Below, piece after piece: positions 55,450 through 55,689 of a stretch of 55,689 bases of DNA. The first letter of the stretch is position 1, and each line of letters starts with the position of its first letter. Made by a program: the position numbers and the translations under genes. Origin of the DNA: a virus (Duplodnaviria > Caudoviricetes); IMG/VR virus record IMGVR_UViG_3300049142_000153, positions 1 to 55,689 of that record; one strand, given 5' to 3'. Under the pieces are notes generated by a model, which ran no database searches, was not told the DNA's origin, and saw only the letters and a program-made list of their open reading frames with translations.

Positions 55450-55689
55450 GTGCTGCGCCCTGAATCGAAAGAGCTGCCGGCCGTCGGGACCGTCATGGTC
55501 GATACCGCGCGAAGTCGCGTCGGTGAGTTCCGCGGCAAGGCCGGCGGAAGGCTCTGCCTGCGTCCCGTGGGCGGGGGAGTCGAATGGGAGGTGTCGCCGG
55601 ATTTCGCACGTGAGGCGACGCAGGAGGAGAAGCTCCGTGCGGAAGTCGCAGCCGCCAACGGGCGCACTCGGAAGAGGAGGACGGCATGA
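55450..55689 (+). CDS. Hypothetical protein divergent from XRE
   Basis: AGGAGG RBS; D....RVG......LRP.GGG.EW motif. Confidence 0.65.
   Translation: MLRPESKELPAVGTVMVDTARSRVGEFRGKAGGRLCLRPVGGGVEWEVSPDFAREATQEEKLRAEVAAANGRTRKRRTA

Overview
This window is a near-complete, GC-rich temperate siphovirus or prophage, most likely from Streptomyces. Almost all genes are on the + strand. In order it contains: packaging genes (HNH, terminase), head and tail genes (with a G GGA AAG frameshift chaperone and an enzyme-bearing tape measure), lysis genes, a phiC31-c-like repressor, a replication/recombination block (exonuclease, phiC31 gp3-like protein, split C5 methyltransferase, resolvase, primase-helicase, PolA), a phage sigma factor, a right arm of small-gene cassettes, and an XRE/DUF397 pair. 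No integrase is visible. The most notable signals are non-coding. (1) A complete type II hammerhead ribozyme with pseudoknot lies at 49594-49655, and a tRNA-like element follows one ORF later. (2) There are 13 copies of a 22-bp operator/stoperator-like motif. (3) A bipartite motif CCTCACA-N10-ATTACGACAYAAC precedes four genes, including the phage sigma gene. (4) Four hairpins share an ATTGCGG loop. (5) The methyltransferase is dual-coded in two frames and has a tandem LPTP-module array. All assignments come from reading motifs and synteny by eye; no database searches were run.
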